From an uncultured Pseudomonadota bacterium (GTDB lineage: Bacteria > Pseudomonadota > Gammaproteobacteria > Ga0077536), in the NCBI GenBank assembly GCA_902551695.1, contig CACDEI010000005.1, forward strand, positions 1-54,842: DNA of 54,842 nt, written 5' to 3'. Below are positions 50,803 to 54,842 of this stretch, in pieces. The notes under the pieces were generated by a model, which saw nothing but the letters and a program-made list of their open reading frames with translations, did not search any database and was not told the DNA's origin. How positions within the stretch are numbered: the first letter of the stretch is position 1; each line of letters starts with the position of its first letter. The position numbers were made by a program, and so were the translations under genes.

Positions 50803-50980
50803 TTTTTTGTTAATTCAAAATGGTAGGATTGTTGAGGTTTCGAGCTAGTTTTTTTTGCACCTATCGTTATCGATTCTGAGCTGTTTTGAGTTACAATCGT
50901 ATACCAGTAACAGGATAATCAAAAATAAGCTATATTAACTGCGACTTTTCACGCGGTTTGCTTATCCAAGGGTCGAAAAA

Positions 50981-51349
50981 ATGTTAGAGCTTTACTTTCC
51001 TATTTTTTTGTTTGTTGTAGTTGGCGTGTTGATTGGTGGCGCGGCTCTTGTTGCTAGCTTTGGTATTAGCGAAATTTTAAAGACCAGGCGCCCTGATTCT
51101 GAAAAATCTTCGCCGTTTGAGTGTGGCTTCGAGGCGTTCGAAGATGCTCGGATGAAATTTGATGTGAGGTATTATTTAGTAGCTATATTATTCATAATTT
51201 TTGACCTTGAAATAGCCTTCTTCTTCCCGTGGGCGGTAGTTCTATCTGACCTTGGGGTATCCGCATTTTGGGCAATGATGGTATTTTTAGGGATATTGGT
51301 AGTAGGTTTTATTTACGAATGGCGAAAGGGAGCACTTGAATGGGAATAA
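50981..51349 (+). CDS. nuoA: NADH-quinone oxidoreductase subunit A
   Basis: [34 protein letters not shown]. Confidence 0.97.
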   Translation: MLELYFPIFLFVVVGVLIGGAALVASFGISEILKTRRPDSEKSSPFECGFEAFEDARMKFDVRYYLVAILFIIFDLEIAFFFPWAVVLSDLGVSAFWAMMVFLGILVVGFIYEWRKGALEWE

Positions 51350-51819
51350 GCGAAATTCAAAACCAAGGCTTTGTCACAACCACGGTTGATGCTGTAGTTA
51401 ATTGGGCGCGAACCGGCTCAATGTGGCCGATGACCTTTGGGTTGGCATGCTGTGCTGTAGAGATGATGCACGCGGGTGCAGCCAGGTATGATTTAGATCG
51501 ATTTGGGGTTGTGTTTAGACCAAGCCCTCGGCAATCAGATGTGATGATCGTCGCAGGTACTCTTGTCAACAAAATGGCGCCTGCTCTCAGAAAAGTGTAC
51601 GACCAAATGACAGAGCCTAAGTGGGTGATTTCAATGGGTTCTTGCGCGAATGGTGGAGGGTACTACCACTATTCTTATTCTGTGACTAGGGGGTGCGATC
51701 GTATAGTCCCAGTGGATATATACGTTCCTGGATGTCCGCCAACGGCAGAGGCCCTCCTCTTTGGGATCATGCAGCTTCAAAAAAAGATAAAACGTTCTTC
51801 TACGTTCAATAGAAGCTAA
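51340..51819 (+). CDS. nuoB: NADH-quinone oxidoreductase subunit B
   Basis: [33 protein letters not shown]. Confidence 0.98.
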   Translation: MGISEIQNQGFVTTTVDAVVNWARTGSMWPMTFGLACCAVEMMHAGAARYDLDRFGVVFRPSPRQSDVMIVAGTLVNKMAPALRKVYDQMTEPKWVISMGSCANGGGYYHYSYSVTRGCDRIVPVDIYVPGCPPTAEALLFGIMQLQKKIKRSSTFNRS

Positions 51820-51825
51820 ATAGGC

Positions 51826-52527
51826 GTGAGTCCCGTGCTGCAAGAAAAACTCAAGCTACTTGCTAATTTGGTAAACTCTCGGTGTAACCTTCCTGCCGCC
51901 AGTTCAAGGATCGAACGTGAGGAGCTGACGATAGAACTCGAGCCAACCAGTCTTGTGGCAACTATGAATATTTTAAAAGCCGACCAAGACATTGCACTAA
52001 CTCAATTCTCTGACCTCGCCGTGGTCGATTACCTGAAGTATGGGGTTTCTGATTGGGAAACTAAAGAGACAAGCAGGTCCGGTTTTAGTAGAGCTGTCTC
52101 ACGAGGGAAAGCTGATCAGCAAGATTTCCCCAAAAGATTTGCTGTGGTTTATCATCTATTGTCGATTCGTTACAACTGGCGTTTGAGAGTAAAGGTCTAC
52201 CTTCAATCAGAGCCGCCAAAGTTACCCACCGTCTCTCCGATATGGCCGGCAGCAAATTGGTTTGAAAGAGAGGCGTTTGATCTTTTTGGGGTAATGTTCG
52301 AGGGACATCCCGATCTTCGGAGAATCCTGACCGATTATGGATTCGTAGGCCATCCTTTTCGCAAGGATTTTCCTCTAGAAGGGAAGGTAGAAGTTAGGTA
52401 CGACCCAGATCAAAAACGCGTTGTGAGCGAGCCCGTTTCGATTGAACCTAGAACCTTAGTTCCAAAAGTTATTCGCGAAGAAGATTGGTTGCATTCCTCA
52501 AAGCCAAAGGACAAAGACGATGCCTGA
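51826..52527 (+). CDS. nuoC: NADH-quinone oxidoreductase subunit C
   Basis: [44 protein letters not shown]. Confidence 0.96.
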   Translation: MSPVLQEKLKLLANLVNSRCNLPAASSRIEREELTIELEPTSLVATMNILKADQDIALTQFSDLAVVDYLKYGVSDWETKETSRSGFSRAVSRGKADQQDFPKRFAVVYHLLSIRYNWRLRVKVYLQSEPPKLPTVSPIWPAANWFEREAFDLFGVMFEGHPDLRRILTDYGFVGHPFRKDFPLEGKVEVRYDPDQKRVVSEPVSIEPRTLVPKVIREEDWLHSSKPKDKDDA

Positions 52528-53773
52528 GATCAAGAACCTAACGATGAACTTCGGGCCTCAACATCCTGCAGCTCATGGGGTCCTCCGTCTCATCTTAGAG
52601 ATGGACGGGGAAGTGATAGAGCGAGCAGACCCTCATATTGGGCTCCTACATCGGGCCACGGAAAAGTTAGCGGAAAACAAACCTTTTAACCAAAGCATTG
52701 GCTACATGGATCGGTTGGACTATGTATCTATGATGTGTAATGAACACGCCTATGTCTTAGCAATAGAGAAATTACTGGGGATAGCGCCACCCGTAAGAGC
52801 TCAATATATCCGCGTGATGTTCGATGAAATCACCCGTATCTTGAATCATCTTATGTGGTTGGGTGCGCACGGATTGGATATAGGAGCAATGACCATGTTC
52901 CTATATTGTTTTAGGGAGCGGGAAGATTTGATGGACTGTTACGAGGCGGTTTCGGGCACTCGCATGCACGCTACCTATTATAGGCCTGGCGGAGTGTATA
53001 GGGACTTGCCGAAGGAAATGCCTCAATACGAAGTCACGAAATGGCGAAATCCTAAAAAGACGGAAATCATGAACGATAGCAGATCTGGTTCACTTCTGGA
53101 TTTTCTTGAGAATTTTGTGGATAGGTTTCCAGCCTGCATTGACGAATACGAGACATTACTTACGGACAATCGAATTTGGAAACAGAGGACTGTAGGAATT
53201 GGCGTAGTGACTCCAGAACGGGCTGAGGCCTTGGGGTTTACAGGACCTATGTTGAGAGGTTCCGGGGTAGAATGGGATCTTCGTCGGAAGCAGCCATACG
53301 AAGTTTATGACAAGTTAAAATTCGAGATACCCATTGGTGTAAACGGAGACTGTTATGACAGGTATCTTGTAAGGATGGAAGAGTTGCGGCAGTCGAACAA
53401 GATAATACGTCAATGCATTGATTGGCTCAGAAAGAATCCTGGTCCGGTGAACTTGGAAGATCCAAAACTCACTCCGCCAAAACGCGCAGACATGAAGGGA
53501 GATATGGAAGCACTAATTCATCACTTTAAATTATTCACTGAGGGATATTGCGTTCCTGAGGGGGAGGTTTATTCTGCAGTTGAACATCCAAAAGGTGAAT
53601 TTGGCATATATTTAGTTTCTGATGGTGCTAATAAGCCATACCGATTGAAGGTGCGGGCAGCTGGTTTTGCCCATCTCAGTGCAATGGACGAGATGGTCCG
53701 CGGACATATGCTAGCTGACGTGGTCGCTGTGATCGGGACTATGGATATTGTTTTTGGAGAAATAGATCGGTGA
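52520..53773 (+). CDS. nuoD: NADH-quinone oxidoreductase subunit D
   Basis: [29 protein letters not shown]. Confidence 0.98.
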   Translation: MPEIKNLTMNFGPQHPAAHGVLRLILEMDGEVIERADPHIGLLHRATEKLAENKPFNQSIGYMDRLDYVSMMCNEHAYVLAIEKLLGIAPPVRAQYIRVMFDEITRILNHLMWLGAHGLDIGAMTMFLYCFREREDLMDCYEAVSGTRMHATYYRPGGVYRDLPKEMPQYEVTKWRNPKKTEIMNDSRSGSLLDFLENFVDRFPACIDEYETLLTDNRIWKQRTVGIGVVTPERAEALGFTGPMLRGSGVEWDLRRKQPYEVYDKLKFEIPIGVNGDCYDRYLVRMEELRQSNKIIRQCIDWLRKNPGPVNLEDPKLTPPKRADMKGDMEALIHHFKLFTEGYCVPEGEVYSAVEHPKGEFGIYLVSDGANKPYRLKVRAAGFAHLSAMDEMVRGHMLADVVAVIGTMDIVFGEIDR

Positions 53774-54258
53774 CAAGTAATTTGATATCTAAACACGCCC
53801 TGAAGGTGATCGAGCAAACTATCAGTAATTATCCAAAGGATAGGAAACAATCAGCTGTTTTGACCGCGTTAATGGAGGTGCAGCATGAGAACAAGGGTTA
53901 TCTAACAGAGGAGTTGATGGATGAGGTTGCAGAGCTCTTAGGAATGCCAAAGGTATCTGTCTATGAAGTCGCAAGTTTTTATTCTATGTTTCAAACTGAG
54001 CCCTGTGGCAGAAATAATATTGCGGTGTGTACCAATGTATCTTGCATGTTACGGGGAAGCGATAAGATTGTAGAGCACTTAGAAAAGAAACTGGGTATCA
54101 AGCTTGGAGAGTCTACCCAAGATGGGAAAATTTTTTTGAAAAAAGAGGAAGAATGCCTTGCTGCTTGTTGTGCCGCGCCTGTGATGCAGGTGAATCATGT
54201 CTATCACGAGAATCTTGATATAGAAAAAGTTGATGAAATACTGAGTAAACTTAAATGA
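53770..54258 (+). CDS. nuoE: NADH-quinone oxidoreductase subunit E
   Basis: [27 protein letters not shown] [2Fe-2S] ligands. Confidence 0.96.
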   Translation: MTSNLISKHALKVIEQTISNYPKDRKQSAVLTALMEVQHENKGYLTEELMDEVAELLGMPKVSVYEVASFYSMFQTEPCGRNNIAVCTNVSCMLRGSDKIVEHLEKKLGIKLGESTQDGKIFLKKEEECLAACCAAPVMQVNHVYHENLDIEKVDEILSKLK

Positions 54259-54842
54259 CAGAGAACGAACTTAATCAAACTTGCTACGCCACCCTGGGAA
54301 AAGAACGGCCTTGGTCGTTAGAAACTTATAGAGAAGTTGGTGGTTACTCCGCGTGGGAGGCTATCTTGGCTGAAAGGCCGTCTCCCGAATCTGTAGTAGA
54401 GCGCATAAAAGCGTCTGGACTTCGTGGTCGGGGAGGTGCTGGCTTTCCCTCTGGGCTCAAATGGAGTTTCATGCCTAAGACTGAGGATGTAAAGTACATA
54501 GTGTGCAATTCAGATGAATCTGAGCCCGGAACTTGCAAAGATCGCGATATACTTCGTTTTAATCCTCATGCCCTTGTTGAAGGGATGGCCATAGCGGGCT
54601 ACGCGATAGGGGCAAAGACAGGGTATAACTACATTAGGGGGGAATTTCTAGATGAGCCGGTCAAAAGGTTTCGGGCGGCCCTGATGGAAGCGCGAGAGGA
54701 GGGGTTTTTGGGGAAAAATTTGAAAGACTCTGGGATTGATTTTGAATTGTTTGAACATGTTGGGGCGGGTGCCTATATTTGTGGGGAAGAGACTGCACTC
54801 TTAGAATCTCTAGAAGGGAAAAAGGGGTTGCCACGGTTCAAG
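54255..54842 (+). CDS. nuoF: NADH-quinone oxidoreductase subunit F (partial, runs off the window)
   Basis: ATGA overlap with the nuoE stop; [49 protein letters not shown]. Confidence 0.95.
   Translation, partial: MTENELNQTCYATLGKERPWSLETYREVGGYSAWEAILAERPSPESVVERIKASGLRGRGGAGFPSGLKWSFMPKTEDVKYIVCNSDESEPGTCKDRDILRFNPHALVEGMAIAGYAIGAKTGYNYIRGEFLDEPVKRFRAALMEAREEGFLGKNLKDSGIDFELFEHVGAGAYICGEETALLESLEGKKGLPRFK

Overview
Gene-dense chromosomal segment from a proteobacterium. The separate nuoC/nuoD genes, secG-tRNA-Leu-nuo linkage and tRNA-Leu-tig-clpPX-lon-ppiD order suggest a non-enteric, probably basal, gammaproteobacterium (inference). It is mostly housekeeping: ppsR/ppsA, nadC, ampD, lpxH, tig-clpP-clpX-lon, ppiD, fabI, a peptide ABC transporter, clpSA, aceBA, trpS-scpAB-rluB, tpiA-secG, nuoA-F and eight tRNA genes. 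A more accessory block lies at about 30.1-39.7 kb. The main hidden signal is at 31201-31716 (-). Two short ORFs in the track form one 171-codon BCP/PrxQ-type peroxiredoxin whose peroxidatic Cys codon is an in-frame TGA followed by a SECIS-like hairpin. This indicates a selenoprotein, and it carries a signal peptide and sits in an apparent operon with glutathione reductase, an isochorismatase-family amidase and a DUF427 protein. Other points of interest are a cyanobacterial-style VKOR-thioredoxin fusion, an orphan egtD, a signal-peptide-bearing FAA-hydrolase/hydratase, an Ilv3-like ilvD and the absence of hupB after lon. No CRISPR array, transposase, integrase or rRNA was seen. All family calls come from motif recognition by eye; no searches were run.
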